Assembly (NCBI GenBank): GCA_963769935.1
Contig: CAVYNY010000019.1
Location: forward strand, 1 to 64,000
Origin: an uncultured delta proteobacterium
Lineage (GTDB): Bacteria; Desulfobacterota; Desulfobacteria; Desulfobacterales; JAFDCJ01
Direction of reading: 5' to 3'
Length of the DNA: 64,000 nucleotides
This document shows positions 23,868 to 33,715 of the stretch, piece by piece. The stretch's first letter is position 1; every line of letters begins with the position of its first letter. A model generated the notes under the pieces. That model was not told the DNA's origin. It searched no databases and was given only the letters and a program-made list of their open reading frames with translations. Both the position numbers and the translations under genes were made by a program.

Positions 23868-25112
23868 TCATTTATTTTTGTACTTCGTTAGAATCAGGGT
23901 GGCGTTGGTCCCGCCGAAACCAAAGGAATTGGTCATGGCATTTTCGACGACCGCTTTGCGAGCTTTGTTGGGCACGTAATCCAGATCGCACTCCTCGGCT
24001 TGATTTTCATAGTTAATGGTCGGCGGAATCATATCATGGTAAACCGTGAGGGCGGTAAAAATCGTTTCAACGCCTCCGGCTCCTCCCAGCAGATGACCGG
24101 TCATGGATTTGGTGGAGCTTACCGCCAGAGAGTAAGCATGCTCTTTGAAAACTGTTTTAATCGCCCGGGTTTCATAAAGATCGTTGAGTTCGGTGGAGGT
24201 CCCATGGGCATTGATGTAGTCAATCTTTTGATAATCAAGTCCGGCGTCCTCAATGGCAGCCTGCATGCAGCGCACGGCACCATCACCATCCGGTGCGGGC
24301 GAGGTCATATGGTAGCCGTCGCCGGTCATGCCATAACCAATGATTTCGGCATAGATGCGGGCACCCCGCGCAAGGGCATGCTCGAGGGCTTCGATGATTA
24401 AAATACCGCTGCCTTCTCCGACCACAAACCCGTCGCGGTCACGATCAAATGGGCGTGAAGCTTTTTCGGGTTCATGGTTGCGGGTGGAAAGCGCTTTCAT
24501 GGCATTAAAACCGGCGATGCAGGAAGGGCTTATTACGGCTTCCGTTCCGCCGGTGATCATGGCATCCGCGGCGCCGGTCTGAATGAGTTTGAAGGAATTG
24601 CCCACGGCATGGGCGCCCGCTGCGCAGGCGGTTGCAATGGAAGAATTCGGCCCTTTGGCACCAAAAAGAATGGATATCATCCCGGGAGCCATATTGCCGA
24701 TCATCATGGGAATGAAAAACGGACTCACCCGCTTTGGCCCCTGCTCCGTAACCCGCAGAACCGTTTCTTCCATGAAGCGCAAGCCACCCAGTCCGCATCC
24801 GGTGATCGTTCCAATCCTGGATTCATTGGAGCTGTTAATCACCAATCCGGAGTCCTCAATGGCCAGGCGGGACGCCGCCAGGGCATAGGCAATAAACGGC
24901 TCGACCCGTCTGGCATCCTTTTGGGGCATGAAATCGGCCGGGTTGAAGTTCTTGACCTCGGCCGCTATCTTGGTTTGAAAATTGGAAGTATCAAAACGGG
25001 TAATTTCGCCGGCTCCTGATCTGCCGGCGCGCAGCGAATCCCAGGTCTGCTCTTTGCCAATTCCGACTGGGGTGATAAGCCCCAAACCCGTTATAACAAC
25101 CCGTTTACTCAA
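23868..25112 (-). CDS. fabF: 3-oxoacyl-ACP synthase II
   Basis: RVVITGLG, TACAAG, ASRPFD, INAHGTST, KSMTGHLLG, NSFGFGG; probable TTG start at 25112. Confidence 0.96.
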   Translation of the reverse strand: MSKRVVITGLGLITPVGIGKEQTWDSLRAGRSGAGEITRFDTSNFQTKIAAEVKNFNPADFMPQKDARRVEPFIAYALAASRLAIEDSGLVINSSNESRIGTITGCGLGGLRFMEETVLRVTEQGPKRVSPFFIPMMIGNMAPGMISILFGAKGPNSSIATACAAGAHAVGNSFKLIQTGAADAMITGGTEAVISPSCIAGFNAMKALSTRNHEPEKASRPFDRDRDGFVVGEGSGILIIEALEHALARGARIYAEIIGYGMTGDGYHMTSPAPDGDGAVRCMQAAIEDAGLDYQKIDYINAHGTSTELNDLYETRAIKTVFKEHAYSLAVSSTKSMTGHLLGGAGGVETIFTALTVYHDMIPPTINYENQAEECDLDYVPNKARKAVVENAMTNSFGFGGTNATLILTKYKNK

Positions 25113-25194
25113 AAGACCTCTCTTTTCCCTATTGGATTTATTTGACGCGACTATCAGATTCCGGTTCCCCATGGCCGCAGGCAGGACATGAACG

Positions 25195-25232
25195 ACCGGC
25201 CGCTGCTGACGACTCGGTGGTCAGCGGCCGGT
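25195..25232. other. Strong hairpin between acpP and fabF
   Basis: ACCGGCCGCTG...CAGCGGCCGGT perfect 11-bp inverted repeat; no clear U tract. Confidence 0.55.
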
Positions 25233-25322
25233 TATGATCGTCCCGAAACGGATTCAGATATCAGAAATTATCCGACTCCTGCGGCAAACCGGGTACGGGT
25301 ATCAGCCAACGGCGTCCGTTAT

Positions 25323-25550
25323 TTAGTGGGCTTCAACGTAGGCAATGGCGTCTTTGACCGTTGCGATCTTTTCGGCATCTTCGTCTGAGATTTCAACATC
25401 AAATTCTTCTTCCATGGACATGATTAATTCAACCAGATCGAGGGAATCTGCCCCTAAATCATCTACAAAAGAAGCATTCGGTACAACTTCCTCAAGATCA
25501 ACGCTCAGTTTTTCAGCAATAATCTTCTTAACTTTATCTTCAATGGACAT
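25323..25550 (-). CDS. acpP: Acyl carrier protein
   Basis: [17 protein letters not shown] motif. Confidence 0.98.
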   Translation of the reverse strand: MSIEDKVKKIIAEKLSVDLEEVVPNASFVDDLGADSLDLVELIMSMEEEFDVEISDEDAEKIATVKDAIAYVEAH

Positions 25551-25626
25551 CAGAACTACCTCCTCTCCCGCAGGTGAAACCTAGGTGGTTTCATTTAAAT
25601 TTCTCATTATGCTTTTTAGTCAAATA

Positions 25627-26373
25627 TTACATATACATACCGCCATTAACATGGATCACCTGGCCGGTAATGTAGGCGGCCTGGTCAGAAGCCAGAAACA
25701 CGACTGCCGCCGCAATGTCTGCAGGCGTCCCGACGCGCCCCAGCGGAATCTGGTTTACCATCATCTCCCGGGCTTTTTCGGACAGGGAAGTGGTCATCTC
25801 CGTTGCAATGTAGCCGGGCGCCACAGCATTCGCCGTAATGCCGCGCGGTGCCAGCTCCCTGGCCACCGCTTTCGTGAGTCCGATAATGCCGGCCTTGGAG
25901 GCGACATAGTTCGCCTGGCCGGGGTTGCCGCTCACTCCCACCACGGATGAAACGTTGATAATGCGGCCGGCACGCTGTTTTATCATTGCTTTGGAGACCG
26001 CCTTGATGCAGTTGAAGGTTCCCTTAAGATTGACGTTGACAACATCATCCCAATCGGCTTCCTTCATGCGAACAATCAGACCATCACGGGTGATACCGGC
26101 ATTGTTGACCAATACATCGATACGGCCGGTTTCATCCAGGGCCCGACCGACAAATTCGGCGACCTCTTTTTCGGAAGCAACATTCACCTGCATGCCGGTG
26201 GCTTTGCCACCGGCTTCAGCCACCAGTTTTTCAGTTTCAACGGCCGCCTCGGCGGCCGAAGCGTAGTTGAAATAAATATGATTGCCGGAACCGGCAAACG
26301 CCCTGCAAATTCCTCGACCGATCCCCCTGGAGCCGCCCGTTACCAGAATCGTCCGTTCAGCTGCATCTGCCAT
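25627..26373 (-). CDS. fabG: 3-oxoacyl-ACP reductase
   Basis: TGGSRGIG, NNAGITRD, GNPGQANYVASK, VNGGMYM. Confidence 0.95.
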   Translation of the reverse strand: MADAAERTILVTGGSRGIGRGICRAFAGSGNHIYFNYASAAEAAVETEKLVAEAGGKATGMQVNVASEKEVAEFVGRALDETGRIDVLVNNAGITRDGLIVRMKEADWDDVVNVNLKGTFNCIKAVSKAMIKQRAGRIINVSSVVGVSGNPGQANYVASKAGIIGLTKAVARELAPRGITANAVAPGYIATEMTTSLSEKAREMMVNQIPLGRVGTPADIAAAVVFLASDQAAYITGQVIHVNGGMYM

Positions 26374-26375
26374 GA

Positions 26376-28043
26376 TTACCTCTCAAAGACGATGTCGGCG
26401 AGCTGATCCATGTCCGGGATAATGTTCGCAAAGCTTGCCGTCAGGTCATTGTAGCCTGTGCGCACCACAAAGTCAGCAGTTGTTTTCTGATCAAATTGAC
26501 CGCAGCCCATCACTATATTCAATATGCTCTGGGATACAACCCGGCCGACCTCACTGCCAAACAGCCGGGAAATAATTTTTATTCTGGCGGCGTCGGAATC
26601 GCCGTGTTGCACGCTTTGGAAGGCTTTGCGGGCCAGGGCGGCACCCACTTCCACGTGCGCCATCATATCGGCCAGCGCAAACATGATATACTGCTGTCGG
26701 GTCAACCGGTGATCGTTGACCAACGTGATGGTTTGGTTCAGGGCGCCGGCGGCAAGTCCGTATATCCGGCAGCCTAAATCGCCGGCATCGCCGTCCAATC
26801 GCAGCATCTCATCGCTGATGGACTGGTAAAACCCGCCCTTTGATTTGCGGCTTTTTTTCCAGCGAAAGGTGCTGATTATATTCTGCTGGATCTCACTGGT
26901 GCCTTCATAGATACAGGTAATGCGAACATCTCTTTTAATCTTTTCTACGCCGTATTCAGCTATGTAGCCATAGCCGCCCAACGCCTGCATGGCATTTTCG
27001 GCGGCGCAGTTGGCTGATTCAGTCGCAAACAGTTTGGCAATGGAGCCTTCCACCTCAAGATCCTCTTCTCCTGCATCCAACCTTGCGGCGACTTCGCTGA
27101 TAAAAGCGTCTGCGGCGGCCAGCCGCACGACATGCGGGATAATCAGCTTGTGCGTATAGCCCTGTTTTTCCGATAAGGGCGTTTTGAATTGAATACGTTC
27201 TTTGGCATACTGAATGGCAATATCCAGGGCGGCCTCGCCGCCGCCCAGAGCCATGGCGGCGACCATCAGCCGCGTATAACCGAATACCTTGCTGGCCTGC
27301 TTGAGTCCCTGGCCGGGGATGCCTCCGATAAGATTTTCCACCGGCACGAACGCATCCGAGAAGGTCAGCGGGGAAGTGTTTGACGCCCGAATGCCGTGTT
27401 TCTCCTCTCCTTTTCCGGGGATAAAGCCGGCGGTGCCTTTTTCCATAATAAAAAAGGTCGCCCCTTCCGGGGTATTCGCCAGAACCGTAAGAAAGTCGGC
27501 ATATAATCCCGTGGATATAAACTGTTTGCTGCCGTTTATTTTATATCCGATGATCGCCCCCGCCTCATCGGTCACCGGGTCGGCTTTGGTCTTAATGGCC
27601 GCAACATTGCTTCCGGCATCCGGTTCGGTAACTGCATAGGCAACCAGCGCCTCACCCTCGGCAATCTTTCCGAGCCATTTTTCTTTCTGCTGCTCCGTAC
27701 CCCCCACAATAATCGGATCGGCGCCCAGTTGAATGGCAAAAAAAGCGGTCGTGATGCCAAGGCAAATTTTGGCCATTTCGCGGGTCACGGCACAGCTGTC
27801 CCTTGCGCCGCCTCCCATCCCGCCGTACGCTTCCGGAATCATTAAAAGCTGCAGCCCGATCTCGGGGCCCAGCATCTCCCGGATCGTTTCTTCCGGGAAG
27901 AATTCCTTTTTATCAAATTCAAATATTTTGTCTTTGGTTAACAGGCGTTTTTTCAGCTGTCCAATGGTATCCAGCACCATCTGTCTGGATTCCGGATCCA
28001 ATCCAGCCGGCTGTTGTGCGGTTGAAGATTCGTCGTCAGCCAT
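26376..28043 (-). CDS. Acyl-CoA dehydrogenase family protein with C-terminal extension
   Basis: IPEAYGGMG, AVTEPDAGS, NGSKQFIS, YAKERIQF, GGYGYIAEY, IYEGTSEIQ. Confidence 0.92.
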   Translation of the reverse strand: MADDESSTAQQPAGLDPESRQMVLDTIGQLKKRLLTKDKIFEFDKKEFFPEETIREMLGPEIGLQLLMIPEAYGGMGGGARDSCAVTREMAKICLGITTAFFAIQLGADPIIVGGTEQQKEKWLGKIAEGEALVAYAVTEPDAGSNVAAIKTKADPVTDEAGAIIGYKINGSKQFISTGLYADFLTVLANTPEGATFFIMEKGTAGFIPGKGEEKHGIRASNTSPLTFSDAFVPVENLIGGIPGQGLKQASKVFGYTRLMVAAMALGGGEAALDIAIQYAKERIQFKTPLSEKQGYTHKLIIPHVVRLAAADAFISEVAARLDAGEEDLEVEGSIAKLFATESANCAAENAMQALGGYGYIAEYGVEKIKRDVRITCIYEGTSEIQQNIISTFRWKKSRKSKGGFYQSISDEMLRLDGDAGDLGCRIYGLAAGALNQTITLVNDHRLTRQQYIMFALADMMAHVEVGAALARKAFQSVQHGDSDAARIKIISRLFGSEVGRVVSQSILNIVMGCGQFDQKTTADFVVRTGYNDLTASFANIIPDMDQLADIVFER

Positions 28044-28383
28044 CTGTCTAATTCCTTATAAGGTGTTTCGCATTAGATTCAGAAATCTCAAAGCGCTTGA
28101 ATATTTTAACGGTTGATTGGTCGACTTAGAAGAATTGAAATTAATTCATTCAGTTGAATGGTTAATTAATCCGCCCTGAAAAACAGGGTATCCAGACTTG
28201 GATTTAGTTCTTTGAAAACTGAAGCAACTTGTTTGATCGAATCCCCGGCGGCTTAATTACTTAATGCGGCGCATATTTTTCTTTTTTTTATTTCATATCA
28301 GCCACTTCCGAATTCGCTTGGAACGCCTCGACCTAATTAATTGCGCGGCCATTTAACCAATCAGCGATGTCTGAGCCCGGCTA

Positions 28384-28566
28384 TTACTCCTCTTCTTTTG
28401 AAATGACTTTGCGGCCTTTGTAAGAACCGCAGCTGGAACAGGCATGATGCGGCAGCGTTGCTTCACCGCAATCAGGGCAAGTTGATACATTCAGGGCTGA
28501 TATTTTTTGGTGTGTCCGGCGTTTGTCGCGTCTTGATTTTGATATCTTATGTTTCGGTAAAGCCAT
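28384..28566 (-). CDS. rpmF: 50S ribosomal protein L32
   Basis: MALPKHKISKSRRDKRRTH, CPDCG..PHHAC..CGSY. Confidence 0.97.
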   Translation of the reverse strand: MALPKHKISKSRRDKRRTHQKISALNVSTCPDCGEATLPHHACSSCGSYKGRKVISKEEE

Positions 28567-29082
28567 GAGTAATCTCCTATCTATTCAATATAATTATTAT
28601 TATTATAATTTAAGTACTTGATTTAAAAGGTGCGGTTCTAGTAATTTAAATTTGCTTGAATGTCAAGCATTTTCATACCATCATTAAAATTTGTTTGCTT
28701 GAGATCGATGAATTTCTGTGTTATGAAGGTCTTCCGGCAACTTTTAAATTTTATTTTATAACCGATTAATATCATTTGTCAAATTTAATTAAACCATAAA
28801 TTGATTGAATTTGATAATTCCAATAAGTGCGGGAGTTTATCAGGAACACAAACGGCTCAGCCATAGGGGGCAAGCCGGTGCGACAACCTGCTTTTACTAA
28901 CAATTTACTCAGACAATACAATCACAGTAAACCGAATTTATTATAATTGCTTTTAATATCAGTTTGTTGTAAATAACTTCCGGAGTTAAATGAGCTTTTT
29001 TCGCCTATTGAAGTAAGTAAAGAATCCTGGCCCACTGGACCAGGTTTTCAATGTTGGAATAAAAATAATAAAGGTATACGTC

Positions 29083-30492
29083 ATGAATCAAATTATCACC
29101 CGCTTCCCTCCGAGTCCCACCGGCTACCTGCATGTCGGCGGCGCCCGCACCGCCATTTTTAACTGGCTGTATGCCCGGCACATGGATGGTAAATTTGTCC
29201 TGCGCATCGAGGATACCGATGTCAAGCGATCGACTCAGGCATCCGTGGATGCCATCTTTGAGGCCCTCCAGTGGTTGGGAATCGACTGGGACGAAGGACC
29301 GTATTTTCAATCCCGGCGATTTGAGATCTACCGGGATTATACCCAAAAACTGATCGATTCAGGTCAGGCCTATTATTGTACCTGTTCTCCGGAGCAAATC
29401 GAAGCCATGCGGCAGCAGGCCATGGCCGTCGGCGGCAAACCGCGCTATGACGGTACCTGTCGTGATAAAGGACTAAAAATGACCGACAACGCGGTGGTGC
29501 GTTTCAAAGCACCGCTCAGCGGAACAACCGTGGTCGAGGATGTGATCAAGGGCAATATTGTATTTCAGAACGATGAGCTGGATGACTTTATCATTTGCCG
29601 CAGCGACGGGACCCCTACCTATAATTTTGTGGTCGTGGTGGATGATATCACCATGGGCATCAACACGATTATTCGCGGCGACGACCATGTGATGAACACG
29701 CCCAAGCAGATTCTGCTGTATCGCGCCCTGGGAAGTCCGCTGCCGACCTTCGGGCATGTTCCCATGGTGCTCGGCAGCGACCGCAGCCGCTTGAGCAAGC
29801 GCCACGGCGCGATGTCCGTCACCGCCTACCGGGATATGGGCTATTTGCCCGAAGCCCTGCTCAACTACCTGGTGCGACTCGGCTGGTCTTACGGCGATCA
29901 GGAATTTTTTACCCGCGAAGAACTCATCCGGGATTTTGACATCAAAAATATCGGCCGGTCAGCCGGGGTGTTTGATCTCGAGAAGCTTCAGGCGATTAAT
30001 GCCGACCACATCAAAGCCGCGCCCCCGGCCAAGCTGACCGCCCCACTGGAGCCGTTTTTAAAAAAACTCGGCCTGGAGGTTCAGGCCGGCCCCGCTATCG
30101 AAAAGGTTATTGAAACATTGCAGCCGCGCAGCAAAACCCTGGAAGAGATGGCGCAGCAGGCGCAGTTTTTCTATCAGCCCGACATCCGCTATGAGGAAAA
30201 CGCGGCCATGAAGTTTCTAAAGGCCTCAGCGCTGGAGCCTTTGCGGCTCTTGGCCGCAAAGCTTGCGGCCACGGCGGATTTCAGCGAGAAAAGCCTGGAA
30301 AGCGTATTTGTGGCGGTAATGGACGAAACCGGTTTGAAGCTTGGTAAAATTGCGCAGCCGGTGCGGGTCGCGCTGACCGGCCGGACGGCGAGTCCCGGTA
30401 TCTTTGAGATCATTGCAATTCTGGGGAAAGACCGGGTCCTGCAGCGGCTTGGCAAGGCGCTTAGCTTTATTGAGGCGCGTTCAGAAGAATGA
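29083..30492 (+). CDS. gltX: Glutamate--tRNA ligase
   Basis: RFPPSPTGYLHVGG, LRIEDTD, IRGDDH, RLSKR. Confidence 0.97.
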   Translation: MNQIITRFPPSPTGYLHVGGARTAIFNWLYARHMDGKFVLRIEDTDVKRSTQASVDAIFEALQWLGIDWDEGPYFQSRRFEIYRDYTQKLIDSGQAYYCTCSPEQIEAMRQQAMAVGGKPRYDGTCRDKGLKMTDNAVVRFKAPLSGTTVVEDVIKGNIVFQNDELDDFIICRSDGTPTYNFVVVVDDITMGINTIIRGDDHVMNTPKQILLYRALGSPLPTFGHVPMVLGSDRSRLSKRHGAMSVTAYRDMGYLPEALLNYLVRLGWSYGDQEFFTREELIRDFDIKNIGRSAGVFDLEKLQAINADHIKAAPPAKLTAPLEPFLKKLGLEVQAGPAIEKVIETLQPRSKTLEEMAQQAQFFYQPDIRYEENAAMKFLKASALEPLRLLAAKLAATADFSEKSLESVFVAVMDETGLKLGKIAQPVRVALTGRTASPGIFEIIAILGKDRVLQRLGKALSFIEARSEE

Positions 30493-30574
30493 AGATAAGA
30501 AGAGCAGAAGCACGGAAGAGCAGAGGCTGAAAAAATTAAGAAGAGCAGAAGAGCAGAAGATCAGAAAGCAGGAA
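30491..30574. repeat. Left octamer arm (GAAGAGCA-type, about 10 units)
   Basis: gaagataa gaagagca gaagcacg gaagagca gaggctga ... gaagagca gaagagca gaagatca; begins inside the gltX stop codon. Confidence 0.9.
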
Positions 30575-30617
30575 CATGAGGTAATTTAGTAGCTCGAATC
30601 GAAAGGGGGAGGCGGAA

Positions 30618-31001
30618 TTGACTAAAAGAAGGGATATCAAGCACTTCCGTGATCTTGAGGTATACCGGCGGGCATTTAAGGCGGCAATGACGATATTTCA
30701 GGTGACGAAAACCTTTCCGCCCGAGGAAAGATATTCCTTGGTGGATCAAATAAGAAGGGCCTCTCGCTCTGTTTGCTCCAACCTTACCGAAGCCTGGCGA
30801 AAACGGCAATATATCGCCGTATTTAAAAACAAAATCACAGATTCAATGCAGGAGGCTTCAGAGACTCAATGCTGGCTGGAGTTCAGTCTTGCCTGCGGAT
30901 ATATAGAACCGGCTGTCTTTGAAAATCTCGATAATGAATACGAGGAAATCATTGCCATGCTGTCTTCAATGGAAAATAAAGCCGAAAAGTTCTGTTTTTG
31001 A
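30618..31001 (+). CDS. Four-helix-bundle protein (23S rRNA IVP / TIGR02436-like)
   Basis: FRDLEVY, FPPEERYSLVDQIRRASRSVCSNLTEAW, EASETQCWLEF...CGYI; GGGAGG RBS before TTG. Confidence 0.92.
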   Translation: MTKRRDIKHFRDLEVYRRAFKAAMTIFQVTKTFPPEERYSLVDQIRRASRSVCSNLTEAWRKRQYIAVFKNKITDSMQEASETQCWLEFSLACGYIEPAVFENLDNEYEEIIAMLSSMENKAEKFCF

Positions 31002-31049
31002 TGACCATAAACGCAAAATTGTGGTGTCCTAATTTGTCATTTGTCAAGT

Positions 31050-31134
31050 TTCTGATCTTCCTATCTTCTTAGCCGTCTGATTTTCTTATATTTTTGACCA
31101 TCGGATCTTCTGAGCTTCTTAACTTCCGATCTTC
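31050..31134. repeat. Right octamer arm (TTCTGATC-type, about 10 units), reverse-complement family of 30491-30574
   Basis: ttctgatc ttcctatc ttcttagc ... ttctgagc ttcttaac ttccgatc ttc. Confidence 0.9.
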
Positions 31135-31198
31135 TTTCTTAATATATTTTCCTTGACGCCGGGCTAAATATTATGTAAAAAGCACGTTTACAAAATGC

Positions 31199-31272
31199 TG
31201 AGGGATCGTCTAGTGGCAGGACGACGGGTTCTGGCCCCGTTAACCTAGGTTCGAATCCTAGTCCCTCAGCCA
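31199..31272 (+). tRNA. tRNA-Gln (anticodon CTG)
   Basis: Acceptor TGAGGGA/TCCCTCA, anticodon stem ACGGG-TTCTGGC-CCCGT, T arm CTAGG-TTCGAAT-CCTAG, encoded CCA. Confidence 0.96.
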
Positions 31273-31287
31273 ATTTCGACGCGTCTT

Positions 31288-31324
31288 GGGGCACGCCATA
31301 AAAGGACGTGCCTCATTTTATTTG
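31288..31324 (+). terminator. Probable intrinsic terminator after tRNA-Gln
   Basis: GGGGCACG...CGTGCCTC hairpin followed by ATTTTATTT. Confidence 0.6.
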
Positions 31325-31465
31325 TGCCTAAACTATCCTCGCCTTCCATGCCAATTCGAGAAACTCAAAGATTCCAGCATCGGCCAAATATTGGAAAGCT
31401 CAATGATTGAGTAGCGGCTTTCTCTTAGTCAGGAAGATCATCAATGCTTTTGATTCACTAATTGA

Positions 31466-31807
31466 CCTCCGAAGGTAGTCATTGGCTATTACACGTTGAG
31501 CACCTTATCGATTGAACTGAATCAACTACCTGAAGAACTGGCTCGGAAGCTGCCTAAGCATCCTGTGCCCGCAGCCCTGATTGGCAGACTGGCAGTCAGC
31601 AATGCTGCTCAAAGACAAGAAGTTGGAAAAATGTTGCTGGCCGATGCAATCAAGCGCACGCTGGCGGTCAGTGATCAAATTGCAATTTATGCAATGGCTG
31701 TAGATGCCATTAATGAAAATGCCATAGGATTTCACGAACAATTCGGCTTTACCCGTCTAAGCGATGATAGCCCAAGATTATTCCTGCCTTTGAAATCTAT
31801 TACCTGA
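31466..31807 (+). pseudogene. 5'-truncated GNAT acetyltransferase of the TacT/AtaT toxin type
   Basis: VIGYYTLS...LPKHPVPAALIGRLAV...GKMLLADA...VDAINENA..F..QFGF....LFLPL; in-frame TGA at 31463 and no N-terminus or antitoxin. Confidence 0.8.
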
Positions 31808-31918
31808 TTTTTTGCCGGCACACTTCGCATCGAACAGCTCAAGGCCTCGGCCAAGTGATCGGCATCCGCTCAACGAAGGTCGAATACGACTTGAATTCAC
31901 CGATTGCCTGGTTAAATA

Positions 31919-31934
31919 TGGCATATAATTTGCT
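31919..31934 (+). promoter_or_regulatory. Putative sigma54 (-24/-12) promoter
   Basis: TGGCAT-ATAAT-TTGCT matches TGGCAC-N5-TTGC spacing. Confidence 0.5.
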
Positions 31935-32312
31935 TACTTAATGCTGTAGTAATCTGCGTATTTATGTTTTGTCATGCCTTTTAATTGTAAATAATATTGC
32001 CGGCCAAGCATGCATGCAATAATTACCATTTCATTGATTACAGCGGTTGCAGCGACAAATATAGTGCTTTTCTGGTTCGCTTTAAACACTCATATCAATT
32101 AATTTGACCGTTACAGTCAGATCCTTAAAATTCAATTCAAATAAGATTAACAATCACTGTCGTGTAATTCTATTACCCCTAATGTTAAATAAAGTTTAAA
32201 GCCTGTCTATTTTTTTGAACAATTTTCCCGATCATAAATTTTAAATTTGATTTCAGTTCTTCTTAAAATTATAGCGGAATCGCAAAAATAGAAGCTTTAA
32301 AGGTGAGGGCTT

Positions 32313-32720
32313 ATGCAATTATCAATATTGAATGACAATGCCTCAAGCGCACTTAAGGACAAGACAGTTTTGCTTATAGATGATGAAAAATTGGTGATCG
32401 AAATCGGCGAGCTGATGCTGCGGCGGCTGGGGCATAAGGTTTTTAAAGCCAACAGCGGATTTGAAGCCGTCAAAATCTTTGAGGAATACCAGAGCCAGAT
32501 CGATCTTGTGATCATGGATATGTACATGCCGGAAATGAATGGCCAGGAATTAACAGATAAGTTGCGCAAAATAGATCAAAAAATTAAAGTATTGCTCTCA
32601 AGCGGCGGCTTGGCGGATTTAGAGGAAAGGGAAATACTCGACAGAGGTTTCGACGGCTTCATCAGGAAACCTTATAGTATCGATTCCTTATCGGAGGAAA
32701 TGGCTAAGATCTTGAATTGA
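32313..32720 (+). CDS. Single-domain response regulator (receiver)
   Basis: LLIDDE, DLVIMDMYMPEMNG, LLSSG, FIRKPY. Confidence 0.9.
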   Translation: MQLSILNDNASSALKDKTVLLIDDEKLVIEIGELMLRRLGHKVFKANSGFEAVKIFEEYQSQIDLVIMDMYMPEMNGQELTDKLRKIDQKIKVLLSSGGLADLEEREILDRGFDGFIRKPYSIDSLSEEMAKILN

Positions 32721-32803
32721 ATGTCCAACGATTGCATCATTATCCTATGGCCTATGCATCTATGAAAGGTCAAAGTAAAATTTTAATAATAAAGTAAACC
32801 CTT

Positions 32804-33715
32804 TTACAGCAGGTTTTCCGTGCGGTTGCGTCCCAGATCTTTGGCGCGGTACAGGGCTTCGTCGGCTTTGCCGATCAATTGATCCAGGGAGGTCTCCTGA
32901 TCGCCGTTATCCATCATGGCCAGGTGGAAGCCGAGCGATATTGTCACCCGCACCCGCGTCTCCCCAAAATCAAATTCAGAATTCTCGACCCTCCCGCGCA
33001 AGCGTTCGCAGTGCAGCTGCATGCCTTCTTTGCTGAGACCACCGCGCGGCATGATGATGAACTCTTCGCCGCCATAGCGCGCAAAAACATCTTCAGGGCG
33101 TTTGCTGCCGCTGATAATGCTCGCAAAGCGGTTCAGGACGAAGTCTCCCATTTGATGACCATAGGTATCATTGATAAGCTTGAAATGATCAATATCCATC
33201 ATAATGATACCCACCTGGTCAAGATGTCGACGGGCATAAGACAGCTCTTCTTCGGCCCGTTTCATAAAGTATTGGCGATTGAAGATGCCGGTTAACCCGT
33301 CAATGAACGCGCTGCGTTTGAGGTTGCGCTCCAGCTGCAGTTCGGCCTCATCTTTGAATTCAATTTTCATAAGCGAATGGCCGACCTGGATGGGAACACC
33401 GGGCGGCACGTGCGTTCGGGTGATTTTAAGGGTATTCACATAGGTTCCATTGGTGGAATCACGGTCCTCGATTTCGAAAATTTCGCCATCCCAATGGAGT
33501 GCGCAATGAACGCGGGAAGCCCAATCATCTTCGATGGTGATATCGGCCTGGGGCGACCGCCCGATCGTCGCCGCACCCGGTTTCAGGGCATGGCGCTTGC
33601 CGCTGTCCCTGCCGATAAAAATCACCAGATACGGATGCAGGGTGCTGTTTTTGACAAAGGATCGGGTATCCTCGAAGATTGTCTGGTTGAGATCGGTGGT
33701 GCTGTCCTTTTTCAT
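32804..33715 (-). CDS. FHA-domain diguanylate cyclase
   Basis: IGRS, SRVH, STNGTYVN (FHA); DGLTG, DIDHFK.INDTYGH, RPED I-site, ARYGGEEF. Confidence 0.93.
   Translation of the reverse strand: MKKDSTTDLNQTIFEDTRSFVKNSTLHPYLVIFIGRDSGKRHALKPGAATIGRSPQADITIEDDWASRVHCALHWDGEIFEIEDRDSTNGTYVNTLKITRTHVPPGVPIQVGHSLMKIEFKDEAELQLERNLKRSAFIDGLTGIFNRQYFMKRAEEELSYARRHLDQVGIIMMDIDHFKLINDTYGHQMGDFVLNRFASIISGSKRPEDVFARYGGEEFIIMPRGGLSKEGMQLHCERLRGRVENSEFDFGETRVRVTISLGFHLAMMDNGDQETSLDQLIGKADEALYRAKDLGRNRTENLL

Noticed and set aside
28836..28892. SAM-I riboswitch-like words (TTATC...GGCAA...GGTGC...CCTGC) upstream of gltX
   Set aside because: Lacks the GAGGGA/GGCCC pseudoknot core and P1 closure, and the gene context does not fit. 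An Rfam scan would settle it.
30618..31001. Diversity-generating retroelement or 23S rRNA intervening sequence
   Set aside because: No reverse transcriptase, no TR/VR pair and no rRNA sequence in the window.
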